NCBI RefSeq assembly: GCF_009914755.1
Contig: NC_060925.1
Reading direction: 5' to 3' (one strand)
Length of the DNA: 64,000 nt
Origin: the human T2T-CHM13v2.0 reference genome, Homo sapiens
Shown: positions 1 through 14,258 of the stretch, in pieces
Numbering within the stretch: the first letter of the stretch is position 1
How the letters are laid out: every line of letters begins with the position of its first letter
Program-made: the position numbers and the translations under genes
The notes under the pieces: model-generated
What the model was told of the DNA's origin: nothing
Databases searched by the model: none
The model's input: only the letters and a program-made list of their open reading frames with translations

Positions 1-144
<144 letters not shown>

Positions 145-1104
145 TGAGCAATGGTATTTACTAATGGGTCCCTCCCCAGAACCAAGGGGCCCCAGGAAGG
201 CCGAGGCTTGAGTGGCCAGGGTGAGCTGAGGCTGGTGGGCCAAGATATGGCCCAGAATTCCCGTGCAGTTCTGGAGCCTGAGTGGCCATTTCCTCCATCC
301 CTCTGTGTCCAGAGAGATGCCCTACTGAGTTTGGCAATGCTGTGGTTGAGCGAGGGTGGGAGTCCCCAAGCCAGGTGGGACAAGCAAAGTCAGAATCTTC
401 ACAAGGAGAACCCACTCCTGGTAGAGCTACAGCCTGGGAGGCCGTGCCTGGCACACCTTGGGTGCCTGGCCAGTGAGGGTGCTCCCTGCATGGCCTCCCG
501 GTCTCTTCCAGTCGAGCCTAGTGGAGCAAAGGATCTCCCCTAGGAGATGGGGCACAAGAGAGGAAACAGGTAGGAAGGGGCCCAGCTTCAGCATCCTCTG
601 GCCAAGGAAGGGTAGAATCCTCCTGGACTCCCTGCTGGAGTGGATGCAGAGGGAATGGGAGGGAACCAGGCTCAGAGGCCCGTTAGAGAACGTCCTAGGC
701 GCCCATCAGGTGAGCCGGCAGCATGCTCCAGCTGAACCACAGGCCCATCCTTGGCCCTGGAACCATTTTTACCACGGAAGTACTTATTTTACAGTAAGAC
801 TCATTTCCAAATCCGCTGGCCTGTTACAAATATTCATTCACAGGTGATTTGCCTACAATTTACTCAATGAGAAAAATCCCGTTGCAAATAATTTCGTAAG
901 TGGAGGAATCCCTTTTCAAGCAGATTATCAGCTTCTGCTTGTTGGGATGGATCTCCTTTTACCGAGCACGCTTAAAGGAAGGGCTGTACATCATTTTCCA
1001 GGCTCGTATTGAGCAGTGACAAGATCACAGCTTTGGTGGGTGGTGCACTTGGAAATGAGGGGCCCTGCCTCCCACCTTCCTTTAAAATACAGTCGTAAGG
1101 CAGT

Positions 1105-2620
1105 TAGTAGGACGTCGTCAGTGCCCTTGCTAAGAGAGTTCCCACGCGGGGCCTCAGGGGCGGCGGGGCCGCCTTCCCCCACGGCCAGCCTAGGGAGCTT
1201 GGGAATCGCGACCCAATGCACAGACGGGCAGTGCTCGCTCTCTCTTCACAGGCGGGAAACCGAGGCACAACGACGGCTAGCACCTGCCCCGAGGTCACAC
1301 GGCGACCCAACTCGGTTCTCTGGCCGGCGGCCTTGTTGGTTCCGGTCTGGGAAAGGGACCCCGCAATCGTCCCTCCGGCCGCCAGCAGCGCCAGGCCCCC
1401 CCCCGCAGGGGCCGGGGGTGGCGGGCCCGCCGCTGACCTCCCCCGCCCGGCCTGGGTCCCGCGCTCCGCGGGGTGACAGCAGCCGGGCGCCCTCTGGTGG
1501 CCGCCGCGCGCAGCAGGCGGGAGCGCGGAGCGTCGGGGCCTGCAACCGGGCGGGGATGACGGGGGCCGGGGACCCTGCACTTTGGGACGACCTGGCCTGG
1601 TGGCCGCGCTTCCTTCGCTACAAAAAGGAAGCACATCTTGGAAACACCGAACTTCTGTGACACCAGTAGTTACACCTGGCCTCTGAATCGGGCGAGCAGC
1701 GCCCTCGCGCCCCCAGCGCTGAGCAGGGGCGGGCGGGGAGCGGAAACGGTGGCTGTGGTTGTTGCCGCGCGGCTGGGCGCCTGGGGAGCCCGCGGAGGGG
1801 CGCGGCCGCCAGACCCCGCCCGGCCCGGAGGTGAGGAGACCTCAGCCCCGGACGCCGAGGCCCCGCCCCGCCGGCGATGCACCCCCCGCCCACCTCCGCG
1901 CCCCTTTGTTCCGCGACCGCAGTCCCGCCGAGAGCCGCACTGAAGAGCCCCAGCCTGGCCGTCCCGCGGTTTCCCGCCGCCTCACCAGTCTCGGGCGGGA
2001 GGGGCCCCGGCGCTGGCGTGGCCGCGGCTCCCACAACGCAGCCAGGACTGCACTCGGGGCTGCTGGGGCCCGCGTGCGTCCCGGGCGGCTCCACGCGTCG
2101 GGGTCGCCCCCGCGCCTCCCACCCCCGGCCTCTCGGGGCCGCCGGCTCGCGCGCCTTCCAGGCGAAGGCCAGAGGCCGCAGTGAGGGGCACCGAGTGGCG
2201 GGCTCCTCCGCACCACCCCCGGGCTTTATAATAAAAGTCGCCGTTGTTTAAGAGCCAGGTCGGAGGCGCCGCTTTCTGGGCGGTGAAAGCCGAAGCGAGA
2301 GCGGGCAATTCGCTGCGGCGGCGGCCGCTTCCTGGGCGTCGGTCCAGTGCCCCGGCCCGGCCTGGGAGACCCGCACCAACCCCGGGAGGGAGGACGGGGC
2401 GCGGGCGCAGCCTAGGGGCCGAAGCACTGCACGCACGGCCGGCGCGGGGGCAGAGGGGAGACAGGGAAGCCTGAGCTCCGCGCTGCTGAAGGCTCCGGGG
2501 ATGGGTGGGCGGCGGTGAGGTAGTCTTGCCCGGGCCCTGCCCGCGTGGGCGCTTTCTGAGTCTCTGTCGCGTGACGGAGGCGGGACCTAGGCTGTGTCTC
2601 CTGCGGGGCGAAAGCACGGA
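1105..2620. promoter_or_regulatory. CpG island (promoter/enhancer-like) with multiple GC boxes
   Basis: Very high GC and CpG density against CpG-poor flanks. GC boxes at ~1441, ~1726 and ~1861. AT-rich TATA-like core at 2224-2237. Confidence 0.9.
1487..1500 (-). promoter_or_regulatory. CTCF motif CCACCAGAGGGCGC
   Basis: Reverse complement of gcgccctctggtgg is an exact match to the consensus CCASYAGRKGGCRS. Confidence 0.75.
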
Positions 2621-2853
2621 AGAGATCCGAGGGCATTTCTTGAGCCTGGCAGGAGGCCAGGGGTTTTACAGGGCAGGAAGGAACCTGGAGGAACCGAGGA
2701 GCCACGTTGTTGGTTGGAAAGAAGGGTGGCCAGGTGGGGAGGAGTCTGGCAAAGGGTCCCAGACAGCAGGAAGGGCACCTGTGAAGCCGCCCTGCCGAGT
2801 GTGTGGTAGAGGCGGGGTGAAATGAGCACTGCTCATAAAAGTGACTGTTGTGA

Positions 2854-3162
<309 letters not shown>

Positions 3163-4224
3163 TAAGTACAAATAATAGGTGACCAGCACTTGTCTGCTGA
3201 GGCCCTGGGGCTGGGTGTGTTTAGGGGACCCCTCTCCTCTCCAGGCCCTCCCCAAGCCTGCCCACTGATGGGGAAGCTGCAGGGCTATCCCTCCAAGGGG
3301 AGGCCCTGCCAGGCCAGGGAAGGTCCAAGTGGGTGCTCACCAAGCTTCCTAGGTTCCCAGTTTTCTTGAAACCATCTTCCCAGCACAGTCATCTCCCGTG
3401 GTTGCCTTTAGCAAGTCACATCCCCTGACTCTTTAACATCTCGGTCCTGGCAGTTTCTTGGTATGGCACCATCTCCCTATGTGGACCACAGGTTATCTAT
3501 CACACTGACCCGCTGTCCCTCACACACAGTCACTCACCTGTGACACTTGGAAAGGACTAGCTCCACAGGCCTGGCCAGGGCCCAAAGGGAGGTGGCCAGC
3601 AATCGAAATCAACCCTGATGACTAAGTAGAAAAGGAGTCCTTGGGAGTATTGTGGGGAGCTCAGGGAGCTGACCAGGAGTCTGGATGGCCACAGCCACAG
3701 CCGGGGACAGTCTTGGGAGGTGACTGTGGTCACCACCACTACTGGGCTGCAGCATCGCTGAATGCAGCCCCTGCCACAACTCCACAGGCATTGGCTGTAA
3801 TGATGGGCGGGGGTGCTGGGCACCACAGCGGGGAGGGAGGGCTCCTGTCCCTGCATCTTTGCCTGGGTTAGCCAGATGCCCAGGAAGGGAGAAGGAATGC
3901 TGCCCCCTTTAGCCTTTGAGGTGGGAGGAGGGGCCCTGGCTCCCATGACAGCTCACAAAATGGGGATTGCCCCTTACTAGGAGCGGTGTGCGGATGCTGA
4001 TCAGCCCACCGAATGCTCACCACTGAGGGGCTGCAGCGGCCAGGTGTGAGGGGAAGAGACTGCAGAGAGGTGACAAGGCCGTCAAAGGAGAGGAGCCACC
4101 ACTGGGGAGCCTGGTGGCTCAGGAAGGCAGCTGGTGTGGGTGTGGGAGAGTCGGATCAGAAGGCCAGCACTGCTCATCATGGAGCACCTGGGAGAGCAGC
4201 AGCGACTCAGCTCCTGGCACCAGG

Positions 4225-4579
4225 TGAGGCAGGAAAATAGGGTCTGGAGGCAGGGAACATAAGGCTCATTCACACTTCAGCTATAACCGGAAATATCCTC
4301 TCCATAGGGCATATCAGGTAAATGACTTTGTAACTTTACTTCATCCTCTCTGTTTATATAGGGCATACCCGAAGTAACCAATGAATCCTCTAGGGGGTAT
4401 TTAAACTCCCCCAAATTCTGTAACAGGGCCTTTTGAATCCTACACTCAGGCCCATTCCCACACAGTGGAGTGTACTTTCATTTTCAATAAAATCTTCATT
4501 CCTTCCTTGCTTTGTTTGTGTGTCTCTTCCAATTCTTTGTTCAAGATGCCAAGAACCTGGACACTCTCCACCTTTAACA
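4225..4579 (+). mobile_element. ERV1 solo LTR, MER61-like
   Basis: TG...CA termini, 4-bp TSD CAGG (4221-4224 and 4580-4583), CCAAT, TATTTAAA and AATAAA in LTR order. The start TGAGGCAGGAAAATAGGGTCTGGAGGCAGGGAAC resembles MER61. Confidence 0.85.
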
Positions 4580-4599
4580 CAGGGGTTGTTTAATTTACC

Positions 4600-4990
4600 T
4601 TTTGCCTTAGAAATATAAAAAGATACACAGTAAAGGTGTGTAAAAGGAAAGGCCTCTTTCACCCTTACCCCACCCCCATCCCTCCCTAAAGGTCCCTGTG
4701 ATTAGCTTGGTGTGTGTCCAGCCCTCCCTCTGCATTTCACACGGATATGCGAACAGTGGATCAGGCTTGGGTTTGTTTCTTCCAATAAACGGCATCATGC
4801 GGTATGTATTGTTCTTTAATGTGCTTTTGGAGACGTTTCCAATCCAGCAAACCCTTTTATCCATTTCATAATATTCCGTAGAATGCATGCTCCCCATCTT
4901 GAGGGAAGTTTGGGTTGTTTCATTCTGCTTTGTTAGGACGAATGCCTGCTTTTGTGCACACAGTTGAGTATGGGGCTGGGATTTGAGGGG
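4600..4990 (-). mobile_element. Old L1 (L1M/L1ME-like) 3' fragment
   Basis: Degenerate similarity to the reverse strand of L1M 3' UTRs. Confidence 0.4.
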
Positions 4991-5193
4991 AAGAGGCTCT
5001 GTTTGAGTCCCTGTTGATGTGAGGTGAAGGTGTGTTGGTCCGGCACTAAGCAGGCAGTGGACAATACATGCTGAGCTGGGTTGGGAGTGGACTCTTGGGA
5101 TTCGGGACTCAAAAATAATGTACGGCCAGGTAAATTGCTGGTTTTGCTTCTGGGTCACAGGAAGGGCTGCGGTCCCCGCAGACCCAGATGCGT

Positions 5194-5208
5194 CCACTAG
5201 ATGGCGCC
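5194..5208 (+). promoter_or_regulatory. CTCF motif CCACTAGATGGCGCC
   Basis: Exact match to the CTCF core consensus, with CpGs retained locally. Confidence 0.8.
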
Positions 5209-5818
5209 AAAGCCAGTAAGGTGAGGCGCTTGTGACAGAAGCCCCGACTTGCTGCAGGAGTCTGGGCCCAGGGTCTGACTCCTGAGCTCCTAGGAGATGG
5301 ATGAATATTCTTCCTGCACCGCCAGCTGCCTCGCTTAAACGTGGGGAGGCTGAAGAGGGTGCAAAGCTGGGTGAACATGAGTGATTAGACAGGATGTGCC
5401 CTGGCCAAGACAGGGAGCTGAAATTCAGTCTGTGGAACAGGCTGTGATGGCCCAGAGGAAATCCATAGGTGGGAGGAAAACTATGGACCCTGTGCTCCAT
5501 ATTGCCAGGACCTGCAGAGGAACTAGCTCCTGCAGAAGATGCAGGATTTGGACGGGAAGATTGGGCAAGGGTTCTGTCTACTGGGCACTGAAGGTTTGAT
5601 GGGGACACTGGGATGGTCCCTGCCACCAAAGCAGCTCAAGCTCAGGCAGAGGAAATAGAAACTGGACAAATGCAGTATTTCTTATGGGCACTGCTCTAAG
5701 GAGTAATTTGGAATCCAGTAGGGTGATGTAAGTGAAGGTGCTTTGAAACCTCCCAAAGCTCTCGCCCAGGTAAGGAGGTTTGTGGTCCTTGTCACCATTT
5801 ACCCAGGAAAGCTTCAAA

Positions 5819-5823
5819 GCAGC

Positions 5824-5854
<31 letters not shown>
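5819..5854 (+). repeat. Trinucleotide repeat GCA(GCG)9GCAGCA
   Basis: Read directly; pure (GCG)9 at 5822-5848. Confidence 0.97.
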
Positions 5855-6049
5855 GAATTTCCCTCCTTCCCTCCTGTTACTCTCCCAGCCTCCTCTCCCT
5901 CCTATCACTCTCCTAAGTTCAGAGCTGACCCCACTCCTCTGCTACCCATGGTGGTAGCCAGGCCTGTGCCTCTCCTAGCATCAGAAGCTGCCCCAGGCTC
6001 CCAGGACTGGAGCTCAGATCTGATTTTGAAAAACTGAATGAATGGGTGA

Positions 6050-6993
<944 letters not shown>

Positions 6994-7008
6994 GAAAACA
7001 CACACATG

Positions 7009-7486
7009 AGGGGCGCTGGGAATAGCCGCTCATGTCGGCTGACGGAGCGGTGTGGGGCCGCATGCGAAGCTGCCTCCGCGCCTTCCCCGAGCGGCTGGCC
7101 GCCTGCGGGGCCGAGTAAGGACTTCTGCGCGCGGGAGTTCGAGGCCCTGCGGAGCTGCTTCGCCGCCGCGGCCAAGAAGACGCTGGAGGGAGGCTGTTAG
7201 GAGGGACTCTGAGCTTCACACCTGTCTGCTGCCGTGGTTGCAGAGCCCTAGTCCTGATGGCCCCCGGTGGCATACATTGAATGCCTAGGGCAGAAAGGAA
7301 GTGGGAATGGCGAAGATGTGACGTGCCTCGGTGTTAGATACTGTTTCTTCTTAACAAGTTGAGGCGTGGGTAGAGCAGGAACTGGTTTTCCAGCATTGTG
7401 TCCGTAAACCTGAGTCAGAATAAGATGTAACAGAAGCCAGATAAAGACTCTGTCAAATCCTGCAAAAAAAAAAAAAAGAAAAAAAA
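7009..7486 (+). pseudogene. NDUFAF8: Processed pseudogene of NDUFAF8 (C17orf89, complex I assembly factor 8)
   Basis: ATG 7032 reads MSADGAVWGRMRSCLRAFPERLAACGAE* (TAA 7116-7118); a shifted frame reads SKDFCAREFEALRSCFAAAAKKTLEGGC* (TAG 7198-7200). Both match the N- and C-termini of NDUFAF8 as I recall them. Intronless, with 3' UTR, GATAAA at 7440-7445, poly(A) from 7464, and TSD GAAAA(CA)nTG at 6994-7008 and 7487-7509. Confidence 0.92.
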
Positions 7487-7524
7487 GAAAACACACACAC
7501 ACACACATGCACACAATGCATAAA

Positions 7525-7710
7525 GTGTTTCTGAAACTTTGGTGTGCATGAGAGACACCTGGGGACTTACAAAAACACAGATGGCTGGCCCCACCCTAGA
7601 GTTTCTAATTTAGTAGGTCCAGGGTGGGGTCCGGTAATTTGCATTTCTAACAAGTTTCCTGATACTGCTGCTGTTGCTCTTGGTTGGGGCCCAAACTTCC
7701 AGAACAACTG
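7525..7710. mobile_element. MER5A-like hAT DNA transposon
   Basis: Internal palindrome-like ccccaccctagagtttctaatttagtaggtccagggtgggg followed by tttgcatttctaacaagtttcc. A second MER5-like copy lies near 8760-8895. Confidence 0.75.
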
Positions 7711-8107
7711 GTCTGAATGAAGGGCTGGGTCCGGAACCTGCAAGTCCCACTGTGCTGCTTGCCCCGGTACCTCCTCCTAAGTCTGGCCCAGCAGGAAACG
7801 GAGCGCGGGTCAAAGTCCTCTCACAGTCAACCAGGAGAAACCTGTGTCTTCCTGGCAGGGTGGCTGGGTGCTATGGAAACAAGGCTCAGCCCAGAAGTGC
7901 CCAGCCTCCTTCCCAGAAGCAACTTCAGCCTCTAGGGGAGGAGTGAAGTGAACAAACAAACGGAAGGGCAGAGCTCAGTTCCTGGATGGAAGCGGCACCT
8001 GCATGGAAGCGCCCTCAGCAACCTCAGGGCCCAGACTTCCGGGAAAGTCTCACAGGGCCCCTGGCTTGAGTTTTGGAGCTGGAAGGGAACTTTGCAATCT
8101 TGGTTCA

Positions 8108-8449
<342 letters not shown>

Positions 8450-9032
8450 TAAGACCTGCCCACTAAGAATGAGCTGCAGCCAGCACAATGTTGTCCGCTT
8501 CCAGCCACTTTCCTAGATACTCCTCCATTCCTCAGATTCCAGCCCCCACCCCAGCCTGGAACGCCCACAGTGCTTTTATCACAGCTCTTAACTCCACTTG
8601 GTTCCCCAAAGCTATGAGCCCACATACCACCTCCCAGGGCTACAACACTTTGGGTTTCTCAGACACTGTCAACACTAAGCAGCATGAACTGCAGGACACA
8701 CAGGACAGCTGGAGAGGGGCAGTGAGTCACTGTGTCATAGTCCTGCCCAAATTCCAATGTTGAAATTGCAGAAGCCTGGGGCCCACCCTAGAGAATCTGA
8801 TTCAGCAGGTTGGAGGGGGGGCCCAGGCACTGATATTTTCAAGAGCCCTGGGTGATGTGGATGCCGATAGCACTGGCTGCATGCTGAGAAACACTGCCGA
8901 TAGCATCATCTTCCACAGAAGGCCACCCAGGAAGAGATGATGAGGTGACAGAACTTCATCACCCAACTCAAGAAGGCTTGGGAGGAAGGGGTAATTTATT
9001 GGTTCTAAGCCCAGACCATGGACAAAACAGAG

Positions 9033-9718
<686 letters not shown>

Positions 9719-10043
9719 GTACAGAGATGTCACTCGGCTTCATGCACAATGGGAACTGAGGCCTGGGTTCTCCGGTCTCTCCAGGCTAATTTCCCCACCC
9801 AGCTGGGAACAATCACCCACAGGGTCCATCTTCCACCAGAGGAACTCACTCGCTGCCAAATTTAAAAACCCTGGGAGACAGCCAATTGGGTTAGGTGCTT
9901 CTTCCTGGACCAGTGAACTGTGATCAGGTGAGTGGGCCCCACATGGGCCAGCTCTGGGTCAGTACCACTCAGGGTCTAAGGCAGGGAAGGGTGGTGGAGA
10001 AGGGGTAAAGCCTCACCAGTTTTATTGTTTTTTAAAAACAGTT

Positions 10044-10412
<369 letters not shown>

Positions 10413-10586
10413 CTAAATCAAGATAGTTAACATATCCATTCCATCTCCAGAACTTGTTCCTTCTAACTGAAACTTTGTATCCTGTGACCAACATTTCCCC
10501 ACTGCCCCTAAACTCCCTTACCAGATTATTGGTTTCCTTCTGTGGAGGCTGCTCTCTACCACTAAGAGTCTGGGCTGGAGACTCGG

Positions 10587-10830
10587 TGTGGTAGCTAGTC
10601 TCTAAGGTGACCCCATAATTCTTGTCTCCTGGTATTCACATTCCTATGTAGTGCCTCCTACATTGAGCAGGGATGACCTGTGTAATGAATAGGATATTGC
10701 AGAAGTGACAGAGTGTGTCTTCCAAGGCTAGACCATAAAAGACGTTGCCGCTGCTTCCTGGCTTTCTTGGACCACTGGCTGTGGGGGAAGCCAGCTGCCA
10801 TATTGTGAGGACACTCAAGCAGCGCTATGC
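10587..10830 (+). mobile_element. MLT1-family LTR fragment
   Basis: Contains tgtggtag...gggggaagccagctgccatattgtgagg, typical of MLT1F/G. Confidence 0.65.
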
Positions 10831-10832
10831 AG

Positions 10833-11035
10833 CAGGGCTGGGACCAGGGTGAGGTGAGTGAGGCACTTGCCTCAGGCACAAAATGTAACAGGATGCCAAA
10901 AAAGTCAGTAATCAAGATAGATAATGCAATATTTTAAAAATGAAAATGAAAACAAATCTATGATGAAAAAATATTGAAACTTTACTTAAAGATGGTCTCA
11001 ATAACAGTACCATGTTGAGCTGTATTGGAGCCTGA
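10833..11035. mobile_element. Probable old non-autonomous DNA transposon (hAT-like)
   Basis: CAGGGCTGGG start, subterminal hairpin gaggtgagtg-agg-cacttgcctc, AT-rich interior. Family uncertain. Confidence 0.4.
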
Positions 11036-11135
11036 CCAATAGGAAAAATCAGTGATGCTGGTCCTGAAAGCAGGTATAGGAACCCACCAGGAGTTTGGGA
11101 GGTCATGGTCCCAGGACTGAAGACTTACTCCCTTA

Positions 11136-12100
<965 letters not shown>

Positions 12101-12140
12101 CTCTGTGATTATTCCAGAGGGTGGAAATGAACATAAGACA

Positions 12141-12345
12141 ATAGCCCCCTGCCCCGTCACCCCGCATTGACAGCTCCCTTCAGTCTCCCTTCACTGGCCT
12201 GGCTGACCACCTGCCCTCACTTTGCAGGGACTGCTTGGCCCCTACTCCCAACGTATCCTCATGCAGTGAAGCTTAGAAACCCAGAAAGAGGGCTGGGCGT
12301 GGTGGCTCACGCCTGTAATCCCAGCACTTTGGGAGGCCAAGGTGG
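12141..12345 (+). repeat. Copy 1 of a local ~200-bp duplication (copy 2 at 16282-16500)
   Basis: Shared cagctccctYcagtctcc...ctggctgaccacctgccctcact...cagtgaagctta.aaacccagaaagaggg plus an Alu head. Confidence 0.9.
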
Positions 12346-12535
12346 GTGGATCACGAGGTCAGGAGTTTGAGACCAGTCTGGCCAATAGGGTGAAACCCCG
12401 TTTCTACTAAAAATACAAAAATTAGCCTAGCGAGGCCCCAGGAGGCAGGAGTTGCAGTGAGCCGAGATCACATCACTGCACGCCGGCCTGGGCAACAGAG
12501 CGAGACTCTGTCTCAAACAAAACAAAACAAAAAAA
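12291..12535 (+). mobile_element. Alu with an internal right-arm deletion
   Basis: Jumps from attagcctagcg to ccaggaggcaggagttgcagtgagc. Confidence 0.9.
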
Positions 12536-14057
12536 CCTAGAAAGAACTATGGGATTCTGGGGAGAGACTGGGTGGAGTTGGGGTATAGGGACAGGAGAGT
12601 GAGCCAGCTGGGGAAGGGCATGGCCCTGGGGCAGGAAGGTCCCCCGGGGAGACTCCTGTGGGGCCTCCAGAAAGCAAATTTGATCCTGTTTGCTCACATA
12701 GCTGAGCCTCAGGAAAGCTTCCTGAGCATGCAGCCCACCGACACCAATCCCGGGTCTCCTTCCAGTTCCACCCGCAGGCTGCCGCCCTGGCAGCTCCCAG
12801 GGCCTCCCTAGGTGGGAATGGAGACCAAGGAACAAAGGCCAGGCTGGGACACTGCCTAGGACACTGGCTTGAGGGGATGGAAGAGCCACCTGTGCACCTT
12901 CTTTCCTTGCCACCGTCTTCAAATTCATGCTTACAGAACAGCTGTGTGGGCGTGAGCTGAGGGCCACTGACCCTGCGTGCCACCAGTGTGCAGGCTGCTG
13001 TGAGCGGGCAATGCTGTTCCGGGCAGCCTCTGCCGGTGCCTCTGCCCACGCAGCACCCTTCAGCTCTTCCAGTGCCACCAAATGAACCCATCACAACCTT
13101 CCCCAGCCTGGCAAGTTTTCTGGAAAGACTTGTTCCTCTGTTCTCTTAGTGGCCCTCCACCTCCTCCCTTCCTGGGAAGGGCTGGTGTTCACTGTATTAT
13201 TAATGTCCTGTTGCTATGACAGGAACCGCATGAGACACACACGAAAGACGGCCCTGCCTTCCAGGGCTCGCTAGATCCTTGGTTCCTGTCGTGGAAGAGA
13301 GGGGCAGGTAAGAGCCAGTGTGGTCCAAGGTCAGGGCTATGGTGAGAAGCTGTGTGAGGACAGGGGCCCTGTGCTGTGTGCAGAGGGGGTCCCTGGACCT
13401 CTGAGGAGGGAGGACAGAGTCCTGAAGGTCAAGTTAGTAGGAAGGGCAAGGCCCAGAAGGGTGACTGATTAATTTGGGGCCATGTCCTGGAGGCAAATGG
13501 GGAGCAGGGAGGGGGCCTGGGAGGAGGAGGTGGAGCTGAAGCTGCGTTTTGGAGTGACCTCTGCTTAAAAGTATGGCTTTTGTCTAGAATTTTTTGGGGA
13601 CTGAAGAGTTTTAAGCTGGGGAGGGACATTAGATCTGCCTTTTGGAAAGCTCCCTGGCTGTGCTGCAGAGACTGGATGGATGAGAAGGCTGGGCAGCAAC
13701 TCAGCAGAGAACTAGTGAGAGCCTGGGGAGGGAGAGGAGCTGGCTTGAGTCTTTGGGAAGTGGAAGCAATAGGACTTGGGCGCTGATGAGGAGGGAGGAT
13801 GGAAAGAGGACACCACTCACAAACACAGGGATCCAGGAGGGTGGATTTGGGGACAGTTTTGGACAAAGTTGAGATGCCAGTGGGACTCCACGGTAGAATC
13901 CAGGACAGCTCAGCGTAACCTGGCCATCTCGGTTCCCATCATGAATAAGGGGAGCAGCCTCCATTACGTTTCCAGATACATCACACAGCCCTCCCTCCAG
14001 CACCGACAGGAGATTCCCCTTCCCTTCCCCATGTGTCTTCTCCCAGGTGACACCAAA

Positions 14058-14258
14058 CCCACTCAGCGTACAGGGTGAGACCCACTCTGACAGGGTGAGG
14101 CCCACTCAGTGTGCAGGGTGAGACCCACTCAGTGTGCAGGGTGAGACCCACTCTGACAGGGTGAGGCCCACTCAGTGTGCAGGGTGAGACCCACTCAGTG
14201 TGCAGGGTGAGGCCCGCTCAGTGTGCAGGGTGAGGCCCACTCAGTGGACAGGGTGAGA
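14058..14258 (+). repeat. Minisatellite of 9 units (23-bp CCCACTCAGTGTGCAGGGTGAGR and 20-bp CCCACTCTGACAGGGTGAGG)
   Basis: Units counted directly in the order L S L L S L L L L. Confidence 0.95.

Noticed and set aside
1016-2829. Many overlapping 100-214 aa ORFs on both strands
   Set aside because: Pro/Arg/Gly/Ala-rich products expected from stop-poor CpG-island DNA; no recognisable domain or consistent exon structure.
5780-6037. Poly-alanine ORF (85 aa)
   Set aside because: Non-ATG start; the Ala run is just the GCG repeat and there is no other coding signal.
14058-14258. Regularly spaced repeats superficially like a CRISPR array
   Set aside because: Head-to-tail units with no unique spacers, in human DNA with no cas genes; it is a minisatellite.
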